Positions 29,207 to 41,904 of a DNA stretch of 64,000 bases are shown here, in pieces. The translations under genes and the position numbers were made by a program. A model generated the notes under the pieces. The model was not told the DNA's origin. It ran no database searches and saw only the letters and a list, made by a program, of their open reading frames with translations. Source of the DNA: Lobosporangium transversale (Eukaryota); contig NW_019029001.1 in assembly GCF_002105155.1 (NCBI RefSeq), forward strand, positions 310,001 through 374,000. Direction: 5' to 3'. Position 1 is the first letter of the stretch; each line of letters opens with the position of its first letter.

Positions 29207-30817
29207 CTAAGAACGTGACATCGCGTCATCACTCCGCCTCGTCTCAAAAATCAACCCAGTGCCACGGCAATCTCGGATCATACGTTCAATCTCCTGTCTT
29301 TTCTCTTCGCGTCTCCATGTCATATCTCCAACGGTCTCGTTCTGAATATTGTAGCGACGGAATAGATTACCCAACTCAGAACTATCTCTATTGTCTATGG
29401 CAGCATCATCGAAGCCGGTCCTATGCTTCTCTTCAAATCGCCGTTGAAATAGCTCTTGCTGACGTTGCTCCACGGTCGTCACTATTCCTTGTGATCTATA
29501 ATATTGCTTCCTGTTGTTGTTGGTGTGCCTTGGCTCTCGCAAATGCACTAATGCTGCTGGGCCTTTGGACTCGGAATTTTTTTTGCTAGTATTCCAGTGA
29601 TTTGCCTCTTTAGCAGCAGCAGCGCGGATGGATTCGGAGAGAGTCGTGGATATATTACCGACCATGCTATAGCGAGATAGAGATGGCCGTGCAGCAGAGC
29701 CAGGGACATATAAATAGCTAGCGTTATTGCTGCTGGCGCTGGAGGAGCAGTTCGGTACAGGAAGGAGCTGAGGCACACTTTGATAGAATTCTTGGCGGTT
29801 TTTTTGGCTAGAATGTGTTCCATGATTATCAATTATGTCCAAGCTTGAAGAAGAGGCTCTTCTCAGTCCGCCAACATGAATAGTTGCTGTCGACCCAAGC
29901 CAATGGCCCACACTGCCATCGGATAGGGGTGCAGGCAAGGGCGTGCCACCTGAGTTCATTGCCATCCCTGGATCATATTCCCAGAAGCAGTCCTCCACGC
30001 TACCCAAGACTTCGCGTCTGTATCCGCCTAGTAGAACATAAAACATTTTTGAGCAGCGCTTAATGTCGTTGACGAGCGCGACACCCCATCCAAAGGAGTA
30101 AGCCTGCTGTGGGGTGTGCTGTAAGATGGTAGCATGTTGTGTAGTAAAGATATGAGGGCCGAGAATCGAAGCCAACATGTCTGGTTTGATTCGATTAAAG
30201 CTAGACCGATTGAGAATTGCGAGCGACAGATTCAATAGCTCCATTAATAAGGCTTTGTTCACAGATGGGAAGCTGGGATGGTTAAGTAATGAGTTGACTG
30301 TGCTGATCTTGTTTATACTCTGGTTGCTAGTTGTTGGTGTTGTTGGCACTAGAGGGGTTTCATAAGAAGGGTAGAGGAAGGAAAAGTGAATGCTCTGCGG
30401 GAAGACCAAATCCTTGCAAAGATATATTCATATCATTATTGAGTATAGCAGCAATAATAATAAATAATTACTTGAAGTCAACTCATCCTGAATCTCTCTA
30501 GGGACAATGGCCTCTCGGAGGTTCTTGAGGGCTGTGAGCATGACGCCTGCGACAGTGTCGATCCTCATACACTTGAGTGAAAACAGATCCCGTCGCTCAG
30601 GGTCAGCCATCAAGGTGATCATCCCTGCGACGACAGAGGCAGGGTATGGGTTCTTGAGTATAAAAGGATGATTGAGCCCTCTATCTAAGATTTCATCCAC
30701 ACATGACACTACAATCCTGTAGACGAACTCCGTGGGGAGTGAACATTGATTAAACTCCTGCTTCAAGCTCTCAAGCTCACGGTTAGCGGCTAAACGCCTA
30801 TTAACAAGGCGAAACAT
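29207..30817 (-). CDS. RhoGAP-like domain protein; exons ~30817-30472, 30348-29207
   Basis: IVVSCVDEILDRGL, DTVAGVM..ALKNLREAIVP, NKALL..LL, FNRIKPDMLASILGPHIF (RhoGAP helices). Confidence 0.7.
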
Positions 30818-32819
30818 GGGATGAACAATACTATTGCTGGCGATGGGGAATGTTGAATAGCGTTGCGATATGGACAGATAACAAAAGACTGAATTTAGGT
30901 ATTGGTGTATATGAAAAAATTGAATGATCTCAAGTAAAAGCAAGAAGGGAAGAGCAGCCAGATATTAGGGTGCAAGTAGGAGTGTAAAGGGGAGAGAAAC
31001 GACAAACGGTGGCCTTTCGTCATATGAATGGATCTTTGAGTCTCCATGTTGAAAATCCGTCAGTCCAGATCATAATGCACTGTGTTTAATGTTCTTGCAG
31101 CAGGTAAAGAAGACGAAGATGCTACTGCAGCGCAATTAGTTTTGAGCGTGCATACTGAAGATCAAGCAGGTGATGAGAAAAATGAGGAAAAAAAGGTATG
31201 CAGTAGGCAACATGCGCCTTTTTTTTTTTTTTAAGCTGTATGTTGGTATAATCGAAGTTTTTGGTTATCACAAAAGTCCCTAATATCGCTGTACTATATG
31301 CTATGTCCTTCCGACCACAGCCGTTGAGCTGTCGCCTGCTTTGCACTTCATGCGATGTCATTCAGGGAAAAGGCAGATATAAGGTGTTGTTGTCTCCCTT
31401 AGCATATTCCCTTCATAGCTACTAAATATGTTAATATATTTTATTGCTTTTCCAGAAATCCATGCACATACTTACATGTACTCATTATTTTTTATAATCT
31501 TTATTATATTTCAATTTGACCCAGAAGAAATGCCATCCAACTATTATAAAGCATAAATAGAGTAAATTGAATGTAAGGAAGAGAACGCGTCACAATCCTG
31601 ACTATTTCCCGTTATCCTATTTATTAAAATAGGTTAGCAAAGCTGTGAATACTATGTAGGCACCAACTGCGAAACTAACCTGGCTTCTTTTATGCAAAAA
31701 GAAAACTCATGAAGACTTACACATAATCCCAGCGTCCGTTTGGAGGCTTAGTTTTTATATAGTTATGATAATATTCGTCGCCGTGGTATCGACTTGGAAG
31801 GAGGGCAATATGGATTGATCCATTCTACCGTACCATGAGGCTTGATCTTTTCCTATACAACACAGCGAGGCTTGATTTGTCGCATCCACTGCTTCCTCAT
31901 CTCCTTGCATTCTCTTGGGATATCTGGTTTGGTAAACACTGCTAATAAGATTTATAGGGGCTGTTGGAGGCATAGGGGACCATTTCAACATATCATGCTC
32001 ATGGTAATATGTTCGAGTGAGCGGTGGAATGTTTGTGCGTGATTCGAGTGTTGTGGATGTAGATTGTGTTGAGAGAATGTGGGCGGAATTGAGAGGAGTT
32101 CAATGCGAGGAGGAATGGATCTATATACCTCTTTTCAAGTTCTTGGCAACAGAGCATGATCGAAAGATTCATGTCAGTATGTCAATAGAGTCCATGCGTT
32201 CAAGTAGCAGTTGTGATCACAAGTTGATTTGGGGAGTCTGCATGAGTTGAATATAACAATAGCCATGGTGTCAAGGTTCCATCTTTCATGCATAGTATGC
32301 TGTTATCAGACTCGTTTTTTTTTTATGGATGTGGGTTTTCTAGACAAAACAAACACGTTAACAGTGAAAAACGTATTTATGTGAACATGAGGAGAGCATT
32401 GACCAAACAATTTAGATGCTTTTTGTTGACTATCCCTTCGACCATAAGGTTTGGAGGAGACATTTGTCCTGTAAAAAGTCTGCAGTAGATCAATGTAAAG
32501 ATATTAGCCATCACAGCCATATAAAGTATGTATTTTTTGAGTAACCTCCGAATGTCAATTAGTTTACTTGAAATGAACCCGTCGCTACCACAATAAGCCA
32601 CAAAATTAATTCAATCATCATTTTAGAATAATATATTGGAGCCCGATTTGCAAAAATGACGATAAAAAAGGATTGATGAGTTATACCACCCCGTCTAATT
32701 TTTTTTTTGAGAAAACGAGAATACACTGTGAGAGATTAAGGTTACAGGACATATCTGTCTTAATTATGGTTGAAGGGATAATGCCATTGTTTCGAAATAT
32801 TTGCATGCATGGGAGCGGG

Positions 32820-34140
32820 GCGAGAAATTTTTTTTGTGCAAATCTTTATTTGTTTCCGTTACACGAACATGCACAAGACTAGTTGAGGTGTGTCTCTTTG
32901 CTTTCTGTGCATGAAGAAACACAAGGCATCTCACATTTTGCATGGCGACGTTTTTTTAATTTCTAGACTATTCGAATCAAACTGGAGCCATAGCATAAGT
33001 ATTTTCTGATGGAGCCCCCAGAAGAAATAAACAAACTTTATTTCGGTGACCACTCTACAATCATGCAGACGCCTTCGCCACGGCTATAACAAATCCCTAG
33101 GAAAGACATGCAAACGCGTCGGTATACATATCTCGCTTCTGTTGTTGTAGTTTCGTATATCATCTTGTAATCTGTGTTTCTGTGTGCCTATATTTTGTCG
33201 ACTGTCCAATTCACACACACCAAAAGGTTGCCAATATCATCCCTCTCTCTCGCTCTCACTCTCGCTGGCAACCGCTAGGTCGCGAAAATAGGATCGCACC
33301 CAGCCTCAGCATATTGGAGAGGCAGCAGGCGGAGCAACCTCAGAGCACATATAATTCAAGCATTCATACATCGGACTCATCTGGCTCTGGATCCCAGATA
33401 GAAGCATGTTTACGGCCCCACAAGAGCAGTCAGTTGCTTGGAGTTAGCACTCGGCAAATGACAGCGATGCCTACTAAGGACCTCTTCAGCTGTTGCTTCG
33501 AATTTAGCCAGGGGATCCATATCCGAAACCGTCGAGGTATTGACAAGAGGAGGATTATACTTCAATTCTGATCCGCTTTTCGACGTAGGTGCGCGCTTTT
33601 TTTTATCCAGGCATCAAGGCTCACGAGGCCAGCCTAAAAATTGAAGAGATAGACATATATTTGGATATGGAAGAGGTCAAATCGGTGCTGTAGCCGACTA
33701 TAACTCCATGAAGTCAAGTGGCTATCGGCCCAAGCTCCTCAAACGCAGCTCCACGGCCTCTGACACCGATTCGATCCAAAAATCTGCTCCGTTAGGCGAG
33801 AAGGGACCAATGTGTATAGATATGAGTCGGCTATACTGACGAGAAGCTACTTGATGGAAAGAGGACGTTAGAGGAGGAGGAAAAGCAGCAGCAAGTTCCT
33901 GGAGTCCCGAGGGAAGAGGAAAGAAGAGAAAGGAAGGAAATCACTTCAAAGAACTGAGAAGATACAAATGAAAAGAAGGGGAATGATAAAATAATAGAGA
34001 TAAAAAAGTAGGAAGAAACAGAAAGATACAAAAGTACGAGGATATCTATTATGAGGAGCATTGTAATTGGATCAGCCTCTCCATAAATGAATTGAGGGTC
34101 CCTAACAATCTCCTCTGGACTACTAATCAACTAGGACAAA
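32820..34140 (+). mobile_element. Dispersed repeat, copy 2, followed by degenerate ORF-like sequence (possibly a non-LTR retrotransposon 5' UTR/ORF1 remnant)
   Basis: Homology to 12830-13330 is seen directly; the family assignment is a guess. Confidence 0.4.
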
Positions 34141-34271
34141 AACAATCTTAGGCTCTTCCAAATAATTATTAAGAACCATCTTGCTAGTTTGCTTATGCAA
34201 GGATATTCATGGCTCAGTTATTTTTATTTATGATATTAGGAGAATTAAGAGATTTTGGGAGTGGGATCCCT

Positions 34272-35746
34272 TCATACTTTAATACGTTTTGATGGATGAC
34301 TGTATTTCTTGAGATGATCCGGATTCTTGCGGTAGCAATTGGTTCCATAGCGACAAACTATCTGAGTCGTAGTGGTTGTGATAGCTGTAATAGTAGTAGT
34401 AACAGCGCTACTGCTGCTGTTATCATTACCACTATCTGACTTGGACTGTTGAGCTTGTTCCAGTTTCCGCTTCCTGTTGGCCGTCGAGTCTGTGATTCCA
34501 GCAGAAGGATATGGAGGAGACGAAGACGATGAGGAAGATTCGGGCTCGTCGGGAGAATCACTTGATTCCGCATCGCAACTAATGTCATCGTCATCAGCAT
34601 TGATATTATTATCGCTATCCGCGTTGTCAAGGAAAGCCTTTGTGCTGTCCGATCCAACATTGTCATCATCTTCGTTGTTTTGAAAAATCAAACTATTTTG
34701 CTTCAGGAGCGAAACTACCTTGGCAGGTGTAGCTGTCTTGAGTGTTGGGGGCTTATACGTTTTGCAATATTCAACCCATTTAATATCGATTCGTTCGCCC
34801 AAAAAGGTTGGAAAACGAGGGATGAGTTTGTTGCTCAATTCTTGGAATTTGTAGGTAATAATGGCGCCAACTTTAGGAGGCCGCTCTCGTTGAGCGTCCG
34901 TAAATCCCGAGCCGACGGAGAAGCAGCGACCATCGGGTGTCTTGACTTGAAGATGGCCCATTCTATGAGAATTTTTGCCTGAACCCTTGACCTGAGCCAC
35001 TACAATAGCCTCTTCATCGAAAAATGTCTTGACCTTGAGAAGTGTCTTCGACCTCTTGAACTCGTAACGCGATCGTGGAGCACGAAGCATGATGCCTTCT
35101 CCCCCATGGTTTTGAACATGGCTCAGCTCTCGCATCAAATGAGCCTTGGAAAGGCATTTCTGTACGGGGACCAATCGACAATAGGGTGGAACTTTGTTAT
35201 TATTGCTATTGGAGCCTGATGAAGATGAAGTGTCCATCCTATCTTTGCCATAGGTGGGCATGATGGAGCGAAGGTACTCCAGGCGTTTTTCGTACACCAT
35301 ATCCAGCTTGGGAGCATCAAAAACCAAGTAAGTCATCTCCTTCCATTCATCTGCACGGTCAGCCTTCTGGTTTTTGACAATGGAGACACATTGCTGAAAA
35401 CGAGCACGGCCGAGCCAGAGTTCTCCATCTAGAGGTTGGTCCTTAGGCAGGTGCTGGCTAAAGAATGGGGGTGCAAAGAACCTGTTGCCTGCACGCGAGT
35501 AGAAATGGGTGCCGTCGAAATATGCACGTACACCATCCTTTAAAATGAGGGAGGAAAAAAAAAAAAAGCAGTTATAGATTTGTTGAAGAATAAAAAAAAG
35601 ATTACAGTGAAATGGCAAATATATGTAGGAGGGGTTTTTTTTTCTTGCTTTACCAATTTCTCTGCCATCCAGTAGCCGGAAGGGTCAACACCCGAGTCCT
35701 CAGCCCAACTGTGGGCTAGCATAACTTGTTGAGCTTCATTTGCCAT
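34272..35746 (-). CDS. Minimal ATP-dependent DNA ligase (adenylation + OB domains) with acidic linker, C-terminal PBZ zinc finger and NLS; exons 35746-35654, 35537-34272 (~452 aa)
   Basis: Motif I EKLDGVR (spliced), LDGELW, YLVFDAP, EGIMLR, LLKVK, VGSGFTD, PRFPTF; PBZ CRYGTNCYRKNPDHLKKYSHP. Confidence 0.93.
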
Positions 35747-36590
35747 CTTTATTCAAATATTGTATAGGTAGTGTCGTTGTTAATGTAGGGGGACTTGAAA
35801 AGGCACAAAGAGGATGACAAGTTGTGGAAAGAGTGTGTGTATGTAAGTAAGAATAAGAACTAATGAAAAAAAAAAAAAAAAAAAAAAAAAAAAGGAATGG
35901 CGGAAAGGCCATTTTATATGCTTGTTACAAATTGAGAGATTTTTTAATGGAATGGTGGCAAAAATCTTGAATGGTGGCGAATGGCTGTGTCTGTCAATTG
36001 CTGCATTGCCCACATGTGGTACAGTACAAATATGTATTTATTTATGACCATCAATTTTAATTGTGCATGTCCTAATAAGGAGGACAGCCACACTTCAATT
36101 GACAAATCATTGACAATCATGATCCCCTCTATTTCAAAGTTCAAACTGTGCATTGACACGTGATAGTCATAGTGTTGCTATCCCGAGGATTTTGGATTAT
36201 TTAGGGCAGAACCAGATACAAGTGCATGTGATATGGCTACATGTACATAGTCATGGTCTCAGCATGGATCTAAATGGCACGAAAGAGTAAAACAAAAAGA
36301 GAGAGCGAAGATTGGCACAGAAGGGGAGGGTTCAAGCACACAGTTGGCGATGTCTGTGAACATGTTCTTGTACACAGTTGTACGACATGGACATGTCAGT
36401 ACGAGAGGGCACCTGAAAAAGTGACATTTTTTTCCGGCTCATGAAATGTAGAATACATTTCTGCTCGGCTCCTTAATCTTTTTTTTTTTTTTTTTTTTTT
36501 TCTTTATTGTCATCGCATTCTTAGAAACTCACCAGTCCATTTTCACTTCTCCTATTCTCCACTCATTCTGCATTCTCCTTAGCTCTTACT

Positions 36591-37817
36591 ATGCCTATAA
36601 AACAAAAGCCAAGAGCTACTGAAAAAAAGACTGAGCTCAGCTACCAGCCGATCGTAGTCACTGCGCTTGATGGTTTCCTCCTCAGTGGCACACTCTTCTT
36701 CCCACAAGGGCCAATCGTCACTGCTCTTCCGCCTGATGCTGTCCCCGTCAATGACACTTCTGATTTCTCTAATGGGGCAATACGCAAACAAGCAATCGAT
36801 CAACTGACAAAAGTCGCTATCATTGGCTCTGCTACCGCCACCATTCAGGATTATTATTTTAAATTTGCACAGTATCTGTCCCAAGAGCTTGGAATGGTTG
36901 TCGTCACATACGACAACCGTGGCGTGGGCCGATCTATGCCCAATAATGAGCAGCTTGCTTTCCTAAAGGCCTCTGCCGAAAACGTTCCGCTCTCTCCCGG
37001 CAACTCGTCTTCCTCAGCCCCACCACTGCCACCCAAACCATCCAGCATGTCCACAGTTCCATCACAGGAGCCCAATAATGCATCATCCAAGGATAAAAAG
37101 AATATTAAGAGCCCATTGATCGGCTTTGAGGCTACGATCATCGACTGGGCACTCAAGGATTTGCCTGGAGTCTTCACATATGTGCTGGAGCACTTTCCAC
37201 ATAACCCAACTGTTTATGTGGGTCATTCCGTCGGGGCACATATCTTACCTGCTATTGACGCCTACTACACACGCAACGTCGAGCGATGTCTCTTCGTCAG
37301 TGCTACATCTGCTTATTGGCGGTATATGAATAGTCCCTTGTTCACTTATTGGTTCTTCTTCATTGCCTCACCCATCGTCAATGCACGATATGGATACTAT
37401 CCAGGAAAAACGTTATGGAACGCAATGGAGGATTTGCCCAAGGGATGTTTTGAAACTTGGTCGTATTGGGGATCGTTTAAGGATTACATGTTAGGTGGTA
37501 ACCCCGAGTGGAAGCCTAATTTTGAACTTTTCAAAGTGCCAACGTACTCAATCTATTTCTCGGATGACGACTTTTCGTCAACCTCGGCGCCACGGATCGT
37601 AGAGACAATCCCAAATGCTTTGCGGAGATGTGTTGGCCTCAATCCGGTAGAGGATTTAAACATGAAGAAGGTTGGACACATGGGTTTCTTTTTCAATTCA
37701 TGCAAGGAAAAATTGTGGAAGACAGTTGTACACTCGTGGCTAGTTGAGGGACACGCGTTAGATCGTGATACGATCAAAGAGCAGGTTAGACTTCAGAGTA
37801 GTCATGCTCGACTTTAA
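36591..37817 (+). CDS. Intronless alpha/beta hydrolase (resembles bacterial COG4757-type), C-terminal PTS1 -ARL
   Basis: TYDNRGVGRS, DWALKD, nucleophile elbow GHSVG, SDDD, GHMGFF. Confidence 0.9.
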   Translation: MPIKQKPRATEKKTELSYQPIVVTALDGFLLSGTLFFPQGPIVTALPPDAVPVNDTSDFSNGAIRKQAIDQLTKVAIIGSATATIQDYYFKFAQYLSQELGMVVVTYDNRGVGRSMPNNEQLAFLKASAENVPLSPGNSSSSAPPLPPKPSSMSTVPSQEPNNASSKDKKNIKSPLIGFEATIIDWALKDLPGVFTYVLEHFPHNPTVYVGHSVGAHILPAIDAYYTRNVERCLFVSATSAYWRYMNSPLFTYWFFFIASPIVNARYGYYPGKTLWNAMEDLPKGCFETWSYWGSFKDYMLGGNPEWKPNFELFKVPTYSIYFSDDDFSSTSAPRIVETIPNALRRCVGLNPVEDLNMKKVGHMGFFFNSCKEKLWKTVVHSWLVEGHALDRDTIKEQVRLQSSHARL

Positions 37818-37990
37818 ATATAAGATTCTTCAAACCTCACTCCATGTGATACACGCCTCCTACAATTGCGCCAGATGCATGAAGCACACTTGTCCCATTC
37901 GACACCTGAAGAAATTTGTGAGAGCCTCTGTCATTAACAAATAAACTACAGTTCTCAACAAATTCTTTCACGAAACAGGGTTTTGTCATC

Positions 37991-40900
37991 ATGCCTGACA
38001 TACGTCGAAGCCGAACATTCATTGAGCAAGATCAACAGAGTGCCCATCAGCTCTTTGTGGATGCTCAAGGACAACCATTACAAATATGCATCTCTCGCTC
38101 TGTTCAGAACAGCTCGGATCTTGAGAACTTAATTAGAGTAAATGGCGGGACCAAACTTTGACTTATCAATCTTCCTACTTGGAAGTGAAGCATTTTTTTT
38201 TTCTTTCTTTCTATTTTTTTTTTTTTTTTTTTATTGACTAACATAGATATCTTACCATCTTTATTTTTCTGTGTGGGTTTAATTTTACTACTATCTCATT
38301 ATCACTTACTTTAATCGTCAATCGCAGCAAAATGGTGGCACCATCACTCAGAATGAACGGACAGCGTTCATTTGCTTGGCAGATCCAGGACGGAAATATG
38401 CTCAGGCAATGCACTCGACAGACTGGATTAGGGATTGCATTCAGAAACAGACTCTTGTCAATCACAATTCGCCAGAGTATCAACTTCAACTCGCCAATAG
38501 GACCGCAAAGTCTTATTATTCATTAGAGGATGATAATTTATTACGCCAATACATCAAAGAAAAAGCGAAAGAAAATGCAAAGCTGAAAGGAAATTGCATT
38601 TACCAAGACTTTGCTGAAGCGGTATGTTTCCCACTTTGTACTCAAAAAAAGCTTGATTGACGACAATCAAAGGCGATTTTATTTTTTTATTTTTTTTGTC
38701 TAACAGTCTGAACAACCTTTGACTTGACTTTTATGGATATTGCTTATATAGCACAAACAGCATTCATGGCAGTCATGGCGGGATAGGGCTGTGAGAGTTT
38801 TGAAACTGACGGATCCACCATCTCCATATGAGTTCAGCAAAACCAAGCAAAAGGGACCGTTAAAAATGATAGAGCAAAAGGAAGTCCAAACGAAAAGGCC
38901 AGACAATCTTTTAGAATTATTATCACCATCATTAAGACCTCAGTTATCGATCTCTAGTGGTCAATCAAACCAGCAAATGAGCATGGATGAAAAGGGGTTT
39001 AACAATGTATCATCCAAAATTGCACAAAAAATGGAATCGGCATTATCACAAAATCCCGTCATTATTGATCATGAATCCAACGGCAAAGACACTTTGCAAT
39101 ATCAGACACAGCATTTCTCTAGTCAAAACACTGCTCCCTTGTTCAACATTCTAGAATTGAGCGACATTGAATCGGATGAGGAAGAAGATAATTTCCATCG
39201 ACAGAATATGTCGGCCATCGCCCGTAGTCGCGAGAATCGTGATACATCACAAAAAGCGCCTTTACTAAGCGAATTCAAAATAAGCTCGACATACAATATT
39301 GATAGCTTAACCTGCATCAATCCTCCAAGTAAGGAACCAACACAACACAGAAAAGAGGTCACGCCGGAGAAACTAACTCCATCAATTACGAATAAGTATT
39401 CTTCGCTTTCGCCTGTCAAACTGAAACAGAATGACACCATTGAACCACAAGACTCGCGAATAAGTTTGAGAACATCACTATCTCCTATGGATCGTATAGA
39501 TTTCAAACCTGTAACAGGGGAAACCGATCAGGCAACTCCTGCTGTCGCAATGAAAATGTCTAAGCTAAAACAAACTAGCTCATTATCACAATCATCACAG
39601 TCCTCACAATCATCACCAAGTGAGGCACTCTCGAGTACTATGAAAGAAACCACAAGCCCACTATTAAAATCTTCAGAGCCTCCAATGATAGAGATGGTCC
39701 TGACTACTGAAGGACAAGCATTGAGAAGTCCTTTTCCGCCATCAATGACGCCAATCAGATGGGTAAACGATCCTCAGGAAGAACTAGCCATAACTGCTAA
39801 TACCTTATCCATATCACCAATTACTCAGGACTTAATCAAGCCAAATGGGCATCAATATACTACAGATTTTGTCGGGTCAGAACTGTTAACACCAATGGCG
39901 ACAGAATCATTAAATTTGGATTTACTTGACAAGGATGATGTCGTTGTTGCTAGACGCATCGTTCAAGCGATTAAAAGAACCGATAAGATAATTAGACCCT
40001 TCTTTCCTCCTCGACAGAGCTCCTATTCGTGCAAGGACAAAGCCAATATAGATCTGAAGTCGACTCAAGATGATGGAAGTCCTTTTTCTGGGTTTGATCT
40101 TCCGGCAAAGTTGATTACAGCATCTTTAAAACCACATCCGCATCCACCGCGCCGATTTCAATATACACGAGGATGGGATACGCAAACTTCTCAAGAAGAA
40201 CCAGCGCCTTTAGCGCAAGCGAGGGAGGCACACCAGTCATTAGCACAAGCCGTGGAAGATAAAGGAATATCGACAATAACAAAATCAGACACTGTGACAT
40301 TTATTGGTGACCAACTGGATGATTTGGTTTTATCAGACGATGATAAGCAAATTGAGGCCATGATTCCACGAGTAAAGGGCAAAGAGTGCACAGCTAATGG
40401 TTCTTTTATAAATATTATGATACCCAGTGCACTGACAGAGAAAGAGGAGACAATAATGCAGGACAAAAAAATTAGTGTACTAGAGCATGACTTCGGAAGC
40501 AACCAGACTGTAGGAGTGAAAACATCAGGAGCAGTCTCCCAAGGCACGAATGAATCGGATTTACCAGCGACGGACAACCTAAGTTTTGATGATGGCGTAG
40601 AGCTGGGCGATAAAAACCACTTCAACGACGTTATTAGCTCGATTAATGATCAAGAAGCTAGTACAGAGCTTATCCAGCTACGTCCAGTAGCTGAGAATAA
40701 GACTCAATCATCATCAAAGCAAATGCAAGGAGACGAAAAGGATGACGTTGAAGAGGCTTTAATAAGGCGAAGAAAATTCGTGCAAAAACTTGAGCATATA
40801 CAAGGGATTATATCGAGTGTTTCTGAGAACCAAACTACAACGACTGTCTTGAGCAAAAATAGTTTTGTTAAAGAATCACAAGTAGAGCATGGCCACCACG

Positions 40901-41813
40901 TAGAAACGCGACGTCTAAACGAGCCTACAAAAGTAGAGCAGCGAGTGAAGAAGCCAGGGCAGGTCACGCCATCAAAGCTTCAGCAACCAAAGAATGACTC
41001 AGTAGGGGAACAAGTGCAGGTTGGGGTCGCGGAGGGGCCGCAAAAGCCAATCGAGGAAAACATAGTTACACAGCAACTACATACAATGTCAACAGAGAAG
41101 GAGCCGCACAGCGGAGCTTCTTCCAGCGAAATTACAAAATGCTTATCTGAGGGTATTAAAGAGCATACATTAAAACGCGATGCTATTCAAGCATATTACA
41201 GTTTGGATGATGCAAGGAACAGGGACGATCCGGAAGCTGACGAGGATATCCTTTATCAGCGAAGTCAGTTGCTAATATACTTGCGGCATTTATACAAAGA
41301 TGAGATTCGAACCATGGTAATGTTCGAGCTGGTGCCCCAACTGAAGGCCATTGATATCTTGGATGCCTGTTCAGGCGATTTGGATCTTGCACGGACATTT
41401 GTAAACGATGGCATGACAGGCAAGTGAAATTGGCATATTTGTTGGTTAGCAAGAAACAAAAAAAAAAAAAAAAAAAAAAACAACTAAGCTTTAGTTCTCA
41501 AATACTCACACGATACCACTATACTATAGAAGAGATCCAGGATCGATTCTGGACAAGGTTAGACGACAGCAAGATCTTTTCCAAGAATAAGGAAGATGAA
41601 ATTGCATTGGTGAAGAGACACTCTTTGAGTGAAATCTTGCGAAGACTTCAATATCTGAAACGGACACGCAGTGAAGCGGAGCGGTTTTTAGTATCGTCAA
41701 ACGAAATACATGCGTCAGGGTTGTTGAAGCGGCGCGCACAATCTCCATCGTCACCACCATTAATAAGGGCTATTTCGACATCGAACACTAAACGGCAAAA
41801 ATCTCTAGCATAA
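37991..41813 (+). CDS. RAP1: Telomere protein Rap1 (BRCT-Myb-RCT); exons 37991-38137, 38328-38621, 38752-41419, 41530-41813
   Basis: BRCT LI..NGG...DWIRDC; Myb YSLEDD..L...KGN.IY..FAEAHKQHSWQSWRDR; RCT DACSGDLDLA...WTRLDD...LVKRHS..EI..RL.YL. Confidence 0.88.
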
Positions 41814-41904
41814 AAACAACCAAATGGGCTTTTTTTTTTGTAGTTTCTATCAGTTGTCGCTGAACTCAACATAGTTCATGCGTCCTAATATTTCCCATTT
41901 TTAT

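Noticed and set aside
31755..31991. 78-aa minus-strand ORF
   Set aside because: No recognisable motif or splice support
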